Assembly (NCBI GenBank): GCA_963718615.1
Contig: OY970368.1
Span: forward strand, 2,336,001 to 2,400,000
Origin: an uncultured cyanobacterium
GTDB lineage: Bacteria > Cyanobacteriota > Cyanobacteriia > PCC-9006 > JAAUQQ01
Length of the DNA: 64,000 bases
Direction: 5' to 3'
Both the position numbers and the translations under genes were made by a program. The notes beneath the pieces are model-generated. The model was not told the origin of the DNA. It ran no database searches and saw nothing but the letters and a program-made list of their open reading frames with translations. Numbering within the stretch: the first letter of the stretch is position 1; each line of letters begins with the position of its first letter. Positions 1-9,692 of this stretch are shown here, in pieces.

Positions 1-837
1 ACCCCTGGAGTTTTGGTGGTGGACCTCGATACTGACAACTATGTTGATTTGGGTTCCAGTCGGCGTTTTGCGGCGGCTAGCACGATTAAGCTTCCTATCC
101 TGGTGGCGTTGTTTGAGCAGATCGATGCAGGCCAAATCAGCTTGAATGAACCGTTGACCATGACCCCCGAGGTGGTTGCAGCGGAAGCGGGCGAGATGCA
201 GTTTCAGCCACCGGGGACTCAGTATTCGGTTCTGGAGACAGCAACAGAAATGATTCGCATTAGCGACAACACCGCTACGAACATGGTGGTTCAGCGCCTC
301 GGGGGGGCTACGCAACTCAACCAGCGGTTTCGCGCTTGGGGCCTAGAGCAAACGGCCTTTAATAATTTTCTACCGGATGTAGAGGGAACTAACACGATCT
401 CTCCGAAGGATTTGGTGACGTTGTTGGGACGGATTAACCAGGGGGAGATTGTATCGTTGCGATCGCGCGATCGCATTCTCGAAATTTTGCGCACCACCGA
501 AACCAACGATCTCCTCCCCCAGGGATTAGGACCGGGGGCAATAATCGCCCATAAAACTGGCAACATTGGCAAGTCTGTAGGGGATGTTGGGCTTGTGGAT
601 ATGCCGAGTGGCAAACGCTACGTGATTATGGCAATGGTCGAACGTCCCCATGGGGATGTGCGGGCGGATGAGTTGATTCGCCAGATTTCTTCGACAACCT
701 ATCAATTTTTGGAGTCCATGGGCAGCACGTCGGAGAAAATGCCACTGCCTCCGGTGAAACGCTCAAACATTGCGGAAGAAACGCCCCGATTAGCCCCATC
801 CATGATGTCCACTGATCCTTTACTCAAAGATCCCTAA
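1..837 (+). CDS. Class A beta-lactamase-fold serine hydrolase (cyanobacterial PBP-A type), 5' end outside the window
   Basis: Frame is open from base 1. SxxK (ASTIK), SDN and KTG motifs; LPDVEGTNT omega-loop lacks the deacylating Glu166, as in PBP-A. Confidence 0.85.
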   Translation, partial: TPGVLVVDLDTDNYVDLGSSRRFAAASTIKLPILVALFEQIDAGQISLNEPLTMTPEVVAAEAGEMQFQPPGTQYSVLETATEMIRISDNTATNMVVQRLGGATQLNQRFRAWGLEQTAFNNFLPDVEGTNTISPKDLVTLLGRINQGEIVSLRSRDRILEILRTTETNDLLPQGLGPGAIIAHKTGNIGKSVGDVGLVDMPSGKRYVIMAMVERPHGDVRADELIRQISSTTYQFLESMGSTSEKMPLPPVKRSNIAEETPRLAPSMMSTDPLLKDP

Positions 838-1187
838 AGTCGACTTCCCTGAGACAAGGCTGAATTAAAGTACGAAAGGCTTGGACAAATGTCGCAAGGC
901 TCTAGCCCGTAGACTTTGACAATGCCTGGGTGGTCAAGCTGACGGGCGATTATATATGGGTCTCCAAATTGTAAAATTTCGCGGGCGCTGGGTTGAAGAT
1001 TGCGCAAGCGTTTAAGAATGAGCGATCGCCCTGTTGCCCCACAGACTCCCCGAAAAATCTGCGAATAGCTGCTTTCATAGATTGTTTCACGGATCTCATA
1101 ATTCGCAGGTATTTCTTCAAATGCCCATTCAAATGCTAGGATAAAGCAATATAGTTGAATAGTTATGTTTTGGCGGGAATGATGCAA
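834..1187 (-). pseudogene. N-terminal remnant of a cyanobacterial Ser/Thr kinase (multi-sensor kinase type)
   Basis: YEIRETIYESSYSQIFRG...LILKRLRNLQPSAREILQF...IARQLDHPGIVKVYGLEP matches kinase subdomains I-IV; the ORF stops before HRD/DFG. Confidence 0.65.
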
Positions 1188-1607
1188 ATGATTGCAACGT
1201 TTAATTGGCCTGCCGCTTTATGGGGCGGTATTTTTATCGGCAGTAGCGCCACGCTTTTATTGGCGTTCAATGGCCGCATCGCAGGCATTAGTGGCATGAT
1301 CAACGGCGCACTGCGGTTTGTGCCTCAGGAAAGCTGGCGCTGGCTATTTTTAGTGGGAATGGTTTTGGGCGGTGCGATCTATGAGTTTGGCGTTGCGCCT
1401 CAGCCGACGCCTGTCTCAACTTGGTCTCCTGGGGCAATGGTTGTGGGAGGGCTATTGGTGGGGGTGGGCACGCGCCTGGGGAATGGTTGCACCAGTGGTC
1501 ACGGGGTCTGTGGTCTAGGACGACTGTCGGTGCGATCGCTCGTCGCGGTGTTAACGTTTCTGGCGACGGCGTTCATCACGGTCTTTATTTTGCGTCACGG
1601 GGTCTAA
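1179..1607 (+). CDS. YeeE/YedE family sulfur-compound transporter subunit
   Basis: GRIAGISG and GNGCTSGHGVCG motifs; 4 hydrophobic helices. Confidence 0.9.
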   Translation: MMQMIATFNWPAALWGGIFIGSSATLLLAFNGRIAGISGMINGALRFVPQESWRWLFLVGMVLGGAIYEFGVAPQPTPVSTWSPGAMVVGGLLVGVGTRLGNGCTSGHGVCGLGRLSVRSLVAVLTFLATAFITVFILRHGV

Positions 1608-1610
1608 ACC

Positions 1611-2054
1611 ATGAAAACACAGGTAATGGCGTTGCTCTCGGGTTTATTGTTTGGGTTTGGCTTGGGTCTTTCCCAGATGATTGATCGCGATCGCGTCCTA
1701 GGCTTCCTCGACTTGGCAGGCACCTGGGATCCGACGCTGCTGTTTGTCCTCGGCGGTGCTGTAGGGGTGACGGTAATTGCATTTCGCTTTGTGTTGAGAC
1801 TGTCCCAGCCCCTGTTGGGCGGTCAGTTTGCCCTACCGACACGCAATGATATCGATCGTCCCCTCGTCCTGGGTGCTGCGCTGTTTGGCATTGGCTGGGG
1901 GATCGCAGGTTATTGTCCGGGTCCGGCGGTGGTTGCGCTGATTTTGGGCATTGGCAACCCAGTGCTATTTTTGCTCAGCTTTGTCGCTGGCTCGTTCCTC
2001 GTTCAGTTTTTCAGTACCTGGCGGTTGCGTCAGCAAGGTTTGAAAGGTTCCTAG
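1611..2054 (+). CDS. YeeE/YedE family partner subunit (DUF6691-like)
   Basis: GLLFGFGLGLSQM, GFLDLAGTWDPTL, GWGIAGYCPGP motifs; 3 bp after the partner gene. Confidence 0.9.
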   Translation: MKTQVMALLSGLLFGFGLGLSQMIDRDRVLGFLDLAGTWDPTLLFVLGGAVGVTVIAFRFVLRLSQPLLGGQFALPTRNDIDRPLVLGAALFGIGWGIAGYCPGPAVVALILGIGNPVLFLLSFVAGSFLVQFFSTWRLRQQGLKGS

Positions 2055-2840
2055 GGCGGTGAGGTAGCGATCGCCCGCCACCGCCATCAGATCGTTATGG
2101 TCTGCCCCTTCCACCCAGAAGACTTGTTTGGGCGATCGCACTGCCCCATAGAGTTGTTGCCCATGCCATAGGGGAATGACATCATCTTGGGTGCCATGGA
2201 TGATCAAAACCGGGCAGCGAATCTGGCGAATTCGGGCGAGGCTGGGAAACTTATCGAAGGGCAGGATTGGAATACGGGTGACGACGCGAAAGATGCTGAC
2301 AAAGGAGCTTTCGACGATGAGCCCTGCAACGGGATGGCGAGTTGCGAGGTAAACACTGGGGCCTCCTCCGACCGATCGCCCCTGGATGACGAGCCGATGG
2401 GGATCTATCTTCAACTCCTCGACCGCGTAACGATAAACGGCCTCAATATCCCCATAGGTTTTGCGTTCGGAAGGGCGAGGACCGGAGCTGAGACCATAGC
2501 CGCGATAGTCGTAGGCTAAAACCGAATAGCCCGCTTGGGCAATACGTTGGGCGACGGGACGAACCATGCCGAGGTCTTCACCGTTCCCATGGCTGTAGAG
2601 AATAACCCAGTCGCTGGAGGGGTTGGGCAGGTAGAAAGCGGCGACGGAGTCCTGGGCGGTGACAGGAATTTTGAGGATTTCGTCATTGGCGCTATAGGTG
2701 GGGGTGGGTGGCAAAAAGATTTGACGTTCGGCTAGGAAAAATCCGTAAAACGCCAGGGTCCCATAAGCAATGAGCAGGAGTCGCAGAACTCGCCATCCAG
2801 TCCAAGTGCCGATGATTGTGCCAATGAGTTTTTGCCGCAT
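1965..2840 (-). CDS. Alpha/beta hydrolase (ABHD17/Bem46-like) with N-terminal membrane anchor
   Basis: YSHGNGEDL, YDYRGYG, GRSVGGG nucleophile, HGTQDDVI, GADHND. Confidence 0.9.
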   Translation of the reverse strand: MRQKLIGTIIGTWTGWRVLRLLLIAYGTLAFYGFFLAERQIFLPPTPTYSANDEILKIPVTAQDSVAAFYLPNPSSDWVILYSHGNGEDLGMVRPVAQRIAQAGYSVLAYDYRGYGLSSGPRPSERKTYGDIEAVYRYAVEELKIDPHRLVIQGRSVGGGPSVYLATRHPVAGLIVESSFVSIFRVVTRIPILPFDKFPSLARIRQIRCPVLIIHGTQDDVIPLWHGQQLYGAVRSPKQVFWVEGADHNDLMAVAGDRYLTALGTFQTLLTQPPGTEKLNEERASDKAEQK

Positions 2841-2965
2841 CCTGTTTACTGCATCCGAATCTACACCTATAAATTTACACCTATAAATCTAAGCTTATAA
2901 CTTATACAACAACTTATCCGACGCTTTCCCATTGTGATTAACCGATAAGGCTGATGCCAACAAGG

Positions 2966-4093
2966 CTAAGGTAATTGCCGAATTCCCTCAATCACCCGAG
3001 TTAAATCTTCATCGGTTAAATTCGACCCCGACGGCAAACAAAGCCCCTGCTCAAACAGGCTTTCCGCCACTGCACCGCCAATCCGTTCACAATCTGCAAA
3101 CACCGGTTGTAGATGCAAGGGTTTCCACACTGGGCGAGTTTCAATATTTTGCTCTGCTAAGGCGAGGCGGATGGTTTCGCGATCGCACCCAAACCCTTCC
3201 GGCTCAATGGTTAAACAGCTCAGCCATCGACTCGCCCGCCCATAGGGCGCTTCCGGCATCATCGTCACCCCTGGCAAATCCCCCAACGTCGCCGCATACC
3301 GCTCAAAATTCCGCCGCCGCGCTGCCACCCGCTCTTCGAGCACCTGCAACTGTCCCCGACCAATACCTGCCAAAACATTGCTTAAACGATAGTTATAACC
3401 AATTTCAGAATGCTGATAATGGGGAGCCGGATCGCGGGCTTGGGTTGCCAAGAAACGGGCCTGGTTAATCAACGCGGCATCCTCTGAAACCAACATCCCG
3501 CCGCCGGAGGTTGTAATGATTTTATTGCCATTGAAAGAATAGATACCCAAAGTACCAAAGGTGCCGGGCGATCGCCCCTTATAAGTCGCCCCTAGGGCCT
3601 CCGCTGCATCTTCAACCAACGGAATTTCATAGCGACGGCAAGCCTCTACGATCGGTGCCATATCCGCACTTTGGCCATAGAGATGGACGACAACGACCGC
3701 CTTGGGTAGGCGATTTTGCCGAGCGCGGTCGTCGAGCCAAGCGCTGAGCAATTGTGGATCGAGGTTCCAGGATTGGCGATCGCTATCGATAAACACCGGC
3801 TTCGCGCCCAAAAACGTGATCGGACTGGCGCTGGCAATAAACGTCAGCGTTGAGCAAACCACTTCATCCCCTGGACCAACACCCACCAGCCGCAGGGCCA
3901 AATGCAGTGCCGCCGTTCCCGAACTGAGAGCGGCAGAATAGCTTGAGCCGACGACTTGGCAAAACTCCCGTTCAAAGGCATCCACATGGGGACCGATGGG
4001 GGCAATCCAGTTGGTCTCGAAGGCTTCTTGGACAAAGGCTTGTTCGCGATCGCCCATGTGAGGTGTAGATAGCAGGATGGGAGTTTTGCTCAT
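2966..4093 (-). CDS. DegT/DnrJ/EryC1/StrS sugar aminotransferase (PglE/EpsN-like)
   Basis: SSGTAALHLAL, EDAAEALG, SFNGNKIITTSGGG (PLP Lys), GYNYRLSN, RPVWKPLH, GLCLPSG. Confidence 0.92.
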   Translation of the reverse strand: MSKTPILLSTPHMGDREQAFVQEAFETNWIAPIGPHVDAFEREFCQVVGSSYSAALSSGTAALHLALRLVGVGPGDEVVCSTLTFIASASPITFLGAKPVFIDSDRQSWNLDPQLLSAWLDDRARQNRLPKAVVVVHLYGQSADMAPIVEACRRYEIPLVEDAAEALGATYKGRSPGTFGTLGIYSFNGNKIITTSGGGMLVSEDAALINQARFLATQARDPAPHYQHSEIGYNYRLSNVLAGIGRGQLQVLEERVAARRRNFERYAATLGDLPGVTMMPEAPYGRASRWLSCLTIEPEGFGCDRETIRLALAEQNIETRPVWKPLHLQPVFADCERIGGAVAESLFEQGLCLPSGSNLTDEDLTRVIEGIRQLP

Positions 4094-4173
4094 AGAAGTT
4101 TCAAGGGGTTGTCGGAAAAACTATTGTGGGTAAAACGAAGGGATTAAACCGGAAAATGCTACGCTGGGGAGGC

Positions 4174-5286
4174 TTAGAGGGGTTGTAAAACCTTAGGAGA
4201 TTGCGGTGTTTCAATCCTGGTGCGATAGCTGGGGAAAAAGGGTTGAGCCTGAAGTTCAGCCATGGAAATACCCAGCTGATGGGCTCGGTTTTGGGTGACC
4301 TGTTGGTATAGTTTGGGGTTGATTACAGGTCGCCAGGTCGAGAAGTGAAGTGTTCGGGGAGAAAACCGGCGTTTGTATTTAAATAAGTTATCTTGACTGC
4401 CCCCGACACCGCCGCCTAAGTGCAGCCATCGATAGCCCTCGGCTTTAGCCTGAGTTCGCACGTAGTCGATCATGAGCGTACTGGGAGATTGCTTCAAAAC
4501 ATGACTGCGGGTGCCGCTGAGATGCCACTGAAGAACACTGCCCACTAGGGTAAAGAGTGCTGCACCCACGATCTCCTCACCCTGCTCTACCACACATAGC
4601 CGGAGGCGATCGCCCAAAATTTCCGATAATTGCTGGTAGTAATGGGCATCAAAATAATAGGAGCGGCTGGCCCCAACCCGATCCATCGTTTCTTGGTAGA
4701 TCTCGATAAAGTGGGGCAGATGGGTCTGAACATCGGCCCATCGGGCTGAAAACCCGGTTGTTTGGAGCCGTTTGATCAGACGTTGATGATTGGAACTGGT
4801 TTGATGCCACAGTTCTGTTTGGCTTAAACTTAAATCGACGACTACGGTTGTTCCATTGGCGGTAAAGCTGAGGCCATGGGTGTTGGTTTCCAAGTCGGCA
4901 TTGAGAATGGGATGAAGGCGAATAAAAGCACTACAGATTTGGCGATCGCGCCACACCTCTAGCATTTGTGTGAGAGCTTGCCGCAAAAAACTGGGTGATT
5001 GAGCCGCGCCAGGACTCAGCAAAAATCCTGGATAGCCATAGGGCGAAAGAATGTCCCAGAGGGAAGAGTGACCCAATCCCGCCAATAACTCGGTTGGGAT
5101 GGAGCGCAGCAAATAGGGCAAAAAAAGCTGATATGTGCCATCACTGACCCAAAGTCCCTCTGGAACGCCACCCAGACGCTTAGCTTCTAGGGTCAGATAG
5201 CCAGGTAGATGATAAAAGTCGTAGGTCAACGTCGTCAGCAGCTGTTCCCAGCGAGGATCTGTGACGTTGAGACAGGTAACATTCAT
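4174..5286 (-). CDS. GNAT/FemAB-like acyltransferase of polysaccharide loci
   Basis: SPYGYPG, FIRLHP, YQETMDRVGA...YYF, HLGGGVGG...LFKYKRRF motifs; lies inside the EPS operon. Confidence 0.8.
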   Translation of the reverse strand: MNVTCLNVTDPRWEQLLTTLTYDFYHLPGYLTLEAKRLGGVPEGLWVSDGTYQLFLPYLLRSIPTELLAGLGHSSLWDILSPYGYPGFLLSPGAAQSPSFLRQALTQMLEVWRDRQICSAFIRLHPILNADLETNTHGLSFTANGTTVVVDLSLSQTELWHQTSSNHQRLIKRLQTTGFSARWADVQTHLPHFIEIYQETMDRVGASRSYYFDAHYYQQLSEILGDRLRLCVVEQGEEIVGAALFTLVGSVLQWHLSGTRSHVLKQSPSTLMIDYVRTQAKAEGYRWLHLGGGVGGSQDNLFKYKRRFSPRTLHFSTWRPVINPKLYQQVTQNRAHQLGISMAELQAQPFFPSYRTRIETPQSPKVLQPL

Positions 5287-5295
5287 GCTTTCGCC

Positions 5296-7110
5296 TTATC
5301 TTTCGAAGGACCCCATAAATTCCGGCATTGTGATCTCCTGTCCTTGATTAATCCCTTCTTGGCGGAAGACTTTAACAAACGTGAGGTACAAAATTTTCAG
5401 ATCGAGGGCTAAACTCCAGCGATCGACATATTCGATATCCAGCTTAAATTTTTCGTCCCAGCTCAGGGTATTGCGGCCATTCACCTGCGCCCAGCCCGTG
5501 ATGCCGGGTTTAACCGCGTGGCGACGGGCCTGCTCTGGGCTATAGCGCGGCAGGTAGGAGACGAGCAGGGGGCGGGGGCCAATCAGACTCATATCGCCGC
5601 GCACCACATTCCAGAGCTGGGGCAATTCATCCAGGCTGAGTCGTCGGAGCCCTGTGCCCAGGGGCGTAATCCGCTGGGTGCCCGAATCGCCAGCGCCAGC
5701 GGTCATGGTCCGAAACTTGTAGAGCCGGAAGATCCGACCCTGCTCACCGGGGCGCAGTTGGGTAAACAGAACGGGGGTGCCCATTTGGAGGGCGATCGCC
5801 ATCGCCACCACCAGCATCAAGGGAGAGAGCATCACCAAGGCTAAGGCGGCTAAGCTGCGTTCGAGACCAGACTTGAGACTGCGCTGCCAAGGCGCGCTAG
5901 ACGGACGCACTTCGGGAGGGAACGGCTCTGTACCGCTGAGGACCTGCTCGTAGAGGCGATCATGCTGTTCAATAATCGTTTCTAGGTCGTAAGCCTGGGC
6001 CTGGGCGCGGCCTTGTTCGCCGAGGGTTTGGGCGAGGTCGGGGTGGTTGACCAGATCATCCAGGGCCGTTGCCAAGCCCGCCTGATCGCCCAGCTCGACC
6101 AAAATACCGCCCCCTTGGGCCAATAAATCCTCGGTGCCCCGAATCCGCGACCCAATCACGGGGGTTCCCAGGGCAAGGGCTTCGAGAATACAGCGGGGCA
6201 GGCCCTCCTGTTGAGAAACCAATACCAGCGTCCGAGCGGCGCGAAGCAGTCGGGGAATATCAGTTCGCTGGCCGAGGAAATGGACGCGATCGCCAATCTC
6301 CAAGTCGATCGCCAACTGTTGCATCTCCCCCTTGATCTCCCCCTCCCCCGCCAGCAGCAAATGGGCCGTCTGGGACTGCATTTGGGCAAAGCCCTGGAGC
6401 AAATCGGCATGGCGTTTGCGCGGGATAAATTCGGCAATGGAGAGGATTAGGGGGGTGTCTGGGGGCAACTGGAGCTCGGTGTAGAGGGCTTGAATGGAGG
6501 ACGGGGCGATCGCCTCCGGGTTGTAAAAATCCAGATCAACGCCAATCCCCGGCATGTAGGTCAGCCGATGGGGGCCGCTGAGTCCTGACAATCCTTCACA
6601 CAATCCGCCACCCACGAGCTGATAATCATAGGCGGCCTGCTGGTCTTCACGATTAATCACGATAAGGTGATCGGTCCAGCGGCCTGCGATGCGTTCTAGG
6701 GTTGAGAAAACTAGATTTTTGAGGGGATGGCCGCCTTGGTAAAAATGGAAGCCGTGGGCGGTATAAATGACTTTGACGCGACCTTGGCGACGGAGCGATC
6801 GCAAGGCCCAGCGGGTGACAAAGGCGGCAACGGGCGTATGGACATGGACCAGGTCGTAGCCTTCGCGGGCCACAATGGTTTCAATTAACGGAGCCGCTTG
6901 TTTCAAATTCTTGGGGTCGAGGGGATTGCGAGACCACTGGATATCCCAGAGGCGGTCAAAATGGGCCTGACAGCGTCGGGATGTGGAGACGCCGAGGGCG
7001 AGGGCATCGACCTGCCAGCCTTCCGCCCGAAAATGCTGGGCTAGGGGCAGCAAAAAGGCTTCTAGGGTAATGGGAACGGTAGTAATGAGCAGCAGCTTGC
7101 GAGGAGTCAT
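5296..7110 (-). CDS. Fused GT4 glycosyltransferase (PglA/EpsD-like) + monotopic phosphoglycosyltransferase (PglC/EpsL-like)
   Basis: N-terminal part: VHVHTPVA, YTAHGFHF, EGLPRCILEA. C-terminal part: KFRTM, LDELPQLWNV, GPRPLL, KPGITGWAQVNGRN. Confidence 0.9.
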   Translation of the reverse strand: MTPRKLLLITTVPITLEAFLLPLAQHFRAEGWQVDALALGVSTSRRCQAHFDRLWDIQWSRNPLDPKNLKQAAPLIETIVAREGYDLVHVHTPVAAFVTRWALRSLRRQGRVKVIYTAHGFHFYQGGHPLKNLVFSTLERIAGRWTDHLIVINREDQQAAYDYQLVGGGLCEGLSGLSGPHRLTYMPGIGVDLDFYNPEAIAPSSIQALYTELQLPPDTPLILSIAEFIPRKRHADLLQGFAQMQSQTAHLLLAGEGEIKGEMQQLAIDLEIGDRVHFLGQRTDIPRLLRAARTLVLVSQQEGLPRCILEALALGTPVIGSRIRGTEDLLAQGGGILVELGDQAGLATALDDLVNHPDLAQTLGEQGRAQAQAYDLETIIEQHDRLYEQVLSGTEPFPPEVRPSSAPWQRSLKSGLERSLAALALVMLSPLMLVVAMAIALQMGTPVLFTQLRPGEQGRIFRLYKFRTMTAGAGDSGTQRITPLGTGLRRLSLDELPQLWNVVRGDMSLIGPRPLLVSYLPRYSPEQARRHAVKPGITGWAQVNGRNTLSWDEKFKLDIEYVDRWSLALDLKILYLTFVKVFRQEGINQGQEITMPEFMGSFER

Positions 7111-7176
7111 GGTGGGGTCGTTGAATAGGGAACCGGTAGAGCACCCTGATTCAATCTCACAGGATCTGACGGGATC

Positions 7177-8544
7177 TCACAGGACCGTCATCTCGCGGGT
7201 GCGGCGTTGAAGTCTGGCTTCTGTCTGTTGCCGGACATGGCGATAGAAGAGACGGCGCTGGGTTTGGAGGATGTCGGATTCAAAGCCTTGGGCGCGCTGC
7301 CAGTTGCGCAGGGACATGAGGGTGAGTCGCTCGGGCGATCGCACCACTTCACAAAGCTTCCGGGCCAGGGCCGCAACATCGCCGGAGGGCACCAAGTCCT
7401 CTTGAGCCAGCAACTCGGGAATCCCGCCCACGGCTGAACCGATGCAGGGTAACCCCTGGGCCATGGCTTCGACCATCGCACGGGGCAAGCCTTCTTGGAA
7501 TGAGGGCATGACAAAGACATCCGCTTGGGCCAGTTGCTCCCGCACCGCTTCACTGGAGGAAAGCTGACCCAACCAAGTGATGCGAGAGGCAATGCCCAAA
7601 TGCTGGGCTTGGGTTTCGAGTTGTGGGCGATACTGTCCTTCTCCCACAAAACTGACTTGGAGATCAATGCCTTGGGCGACGGTGGCGGCGATCGCATCCA
7701 GCAAAATATGGGGCGCTTTGTAAAGCTGGGCCAAGGTTCCTATAAATAGTAGTCGAATCGGGCAATCCTGGAAGGCGTCGTCGCGGTAGGTCCGGGGGGT
7801 GGTCGCAAAGGCTTCTGGTGGCAGCTCGACATCGGAAACCCCAATCGCTAGAGGGGCGCAGGGATAGCGGCGTTGCAGCGCGGCTTCGGTGACATAGGCA
7901 GCGGCGATCGCCCCGGCGCATTGTCGCTGGAGCTGGCGGGTCAGATGTCCCCGCAACCAAGGCCGGAGGGGATGCTGAATGGAACCCGGTGCCAAAACAT
8001 CGTAGGGGTCGGCCACCACTTCCACGGCATAGGGATGCTGCTGCTGACGCAACCAAGGTTCTAGGGTATTGGCCAGGGGCGAGCCCACCCGCAGAATCAC
8101 CGCATCCTGGGGAGTCACCGCCTGTCGCACCGCTTGCCGCACCTGCCGCACCTTTTGCAAATATTGCCGGGGACCGACGTAATAGGGCACTGCCGCGAAG
8201 CTCACCCCTAGACCATCGGCTCGTCGCCAGCCTGCTGGCGGATGGGAGATGGGTTGCAGCCTGGCAACGACGTGAACGGTGTCAAAGACGTCCAGATATC
8301 GTCCCCAAAAGCCATAGGCGTTGGTGGCTGGGGTCCAAACTGCACCGTCTGGGGTTTGGGCAAACCGCTGTTCGAGCACAACGACAACACGGGAACCACT
8401 CGGCTGGGGGGGAGAGCTGAGGGCTGGGCTGAAAGGCGTTGGGTTTAAAGACATTGGACTTACAGGCATTGGGCTTAAGGGCGTTAGGCCAATTTCTTCA
8501 GCTTGGCTGGATGGAAGGAATTGCAGTTCAGAATCGAGTGTCAT
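7177..8544 (-). CDS. GT4 glycosyltransferase
   Basis: PSFQEGLPRAMVEAMAQG motif; start placed at the ATGA overlap with the upstream stop (8541-8544). Confidence 0.88.
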   Translation of the reverse strand: MTLDSELQFLPSSQAEEIGLTPLSPMPVSPMSLNPTPFSPALSSPPQPSGSRVVVVLEQRFAQTPDGAVWTPATNAYGFWGRYLDVFDTVHVVARLQPISHPPAGWRRADGLGVSFAAVPYYVGPRQYLQKVRQVRQAVRQAVTPQDAVILRVGSPLANTLEPWLRQQQHPYAVEVVADPYDVLAPGSIQHPLRPWLRGHLTRQLQRQCAGAIAAAYVTEAALQRRYPCAPLAIGVSDVELPPEAFATTPRTYRDDAFQDCPIRLLFIGTLAQLYKAPHILLDAIAATVAQGIDLQVSFVGEGQYRPQLETQAQHLGIASRITWLGQLSSSEAVREQLAQADVFVMPSFQEGLPRAMVEAMAQGLPCIGSAVGGIPELLAQEDLVPSGDVAALARKLCEVVRSPERLTLMSLRNWQRAQGFESDILQTQRRLFYRHVRQQTEARLQRRTREMTVL

Positions 8545-9692
8545 GGTAAGAGGGGATAAATTTGAATGGCTAAGGGGGCAAGCGTGGTGCGGAGTGGGGT
8601 TTTGGGCTGAATTGGCAAGCTCTGAAAACTCACGGTTTGGGGTTGGTTGGCCAGATTGAGGACGATCAGGAGATCGGGCTGATTTGTATCGAGATGCCAT
8701 TGCCCGACAAGGACGGATTCGCCTAGCCGATAGACGTCTGGAGGACCGCTCAAAAGCCAAGGTTCAAAGGATTTAAGCTCAGGCACCAAGCTCTGCAAGC
8801 CCTGCCACAACTCGGGATGATCCGGTAGAGACCAGGATGGATCGCGAAAGGTGTAGTACAAAATCCCCTGAGCTCCAGCCAAAATGGCCTGATAGGTCAT
8901 GTTGCGCAGTTCCGCAAAGGTGGGGGCTCGGGTCTGGGGCCGCAGCGCGGTCTTTTCCCACTGGAAGGCTTGTAAATTGGCGATGACGGGGGCCACGTTT
9001 TGGACTGAGGTTTGAGCCACCGTGACGGCATTGTGAATCTCGCTAAACGTGGCGGTGAGCGATCGCTCGGGAATCGGATAACTCTGCATCCCCATCCAAT
9101 CGGCACTGTCCCGATAGCGCTGTAGCACCACTGGATCGGGATCAAAGGCACTAATGTAGGTCGGATGGAGCGGGTCCTCGGCTTTCACTTGGGCCTGGAG
9201 TTCGTTCAGGGCTTGGGGGGTATGGTTGCGGTTGACATCATCACCAATGTTCCAGCCAAGCAGTGCAGGATGATGTTGAAAGCGTTTTAGGACTTCGATG
9301 CGAGGCAAATTGGATTGATAGTCACCGATGATCTGGAGCTGCAAAGCTTGAGCCTGATCGAAAACCGCTTCTGTGGCCTCTAGGTCATCGTAAATCGCTA
9401 AATGAATCGTATTAAAACCAGCTTGAGCGAGGGCCTGAACAGCGGCTTTTTGCCCTGCGAGCCAAGGTGAGGTTTTAGCGGCATCAACACGATCATAATC
9501 TACATAATAAAAGCCAAAGGGAAAGAAGGGTAGAGGAGTAAAATAGGGAGGAGAAAAATGATCAACAGGCGACTGTAAGGCGATCGCAGAAAATCTACCT
9601 GACACCCCCGACAGCCACTGGGGTTGAGGAAGCCCGACGAATATTAGAAATACAAAAAAACCAAGAAACATGATTTTAAGTCTCTTCATCAT
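8541..9692 (-). CDS. Exported glycoside-hydrolase-like (TIM-barrel) protein
   Basis: Signal/anchor MMKRLKIMFLGFFVFLIFVG; FPFGFY, AGFNTI, HPALLGWNIGDD, AILAGAQGILYYTF resemble clan GH-A scaffolds. Confidence 0.6.
   Translation of the reverse strand: MMKRLKIMFLGFFVFLIFVGLPQPQWLSGVSGRFSAIALQSPVDHFSPPYFTPLPFFPFGFYYVDYDRVDAAKTSPWLAGQKAAVQALAQAGFNTIHLAIYDDLEATEAVFDQAQALQLQIIGDYQSNLPRIEVLKRFQHHPALLGWNIGDDVNRNHTPQALNELQAQVKAEDPLHPTYISAFDPDPVVLQRYRDSADWMGMQSYPIPERSLTATFSEIHNAVTVAQTSVQNVAPVIANLQAFQWEKTALRPQTRAPTFAELRNMTYQAILAGAQGILYYTFRDPSWSLPDHPELWQGLQSLVPELKSFEPWLLSGPPDVYRLGESVLVGQWHLDTNQPDLLIVLNLANQPQTVSFQSLPIQPKTPLRTTLAPLAIQIYPLLP

Noticed and set aside
1-837. True beta-lactamase controlled by the BlaI/M56 pair
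   Set aside because: It lacks the Glu166 equivalent (PBP-A type), and the BlaI/M56 pair is about 29 kb away with no sensor domain.
1965-2054. 90-bp convergent overlap as a regulatory design
   Set aside because: The overlapping tail lies beyond the hydrolase fold; most simply a lost stop codon.
8545-8760. N-terminal extension of the 527-aa GT4 ORF (likewise 11105-11182, 16463-16573, 18033-18173, 47548-47652)
   Set aside because: These are non-homologous extensions mostly overlapping neighbouring genes or promoters; better starts exist downstream.
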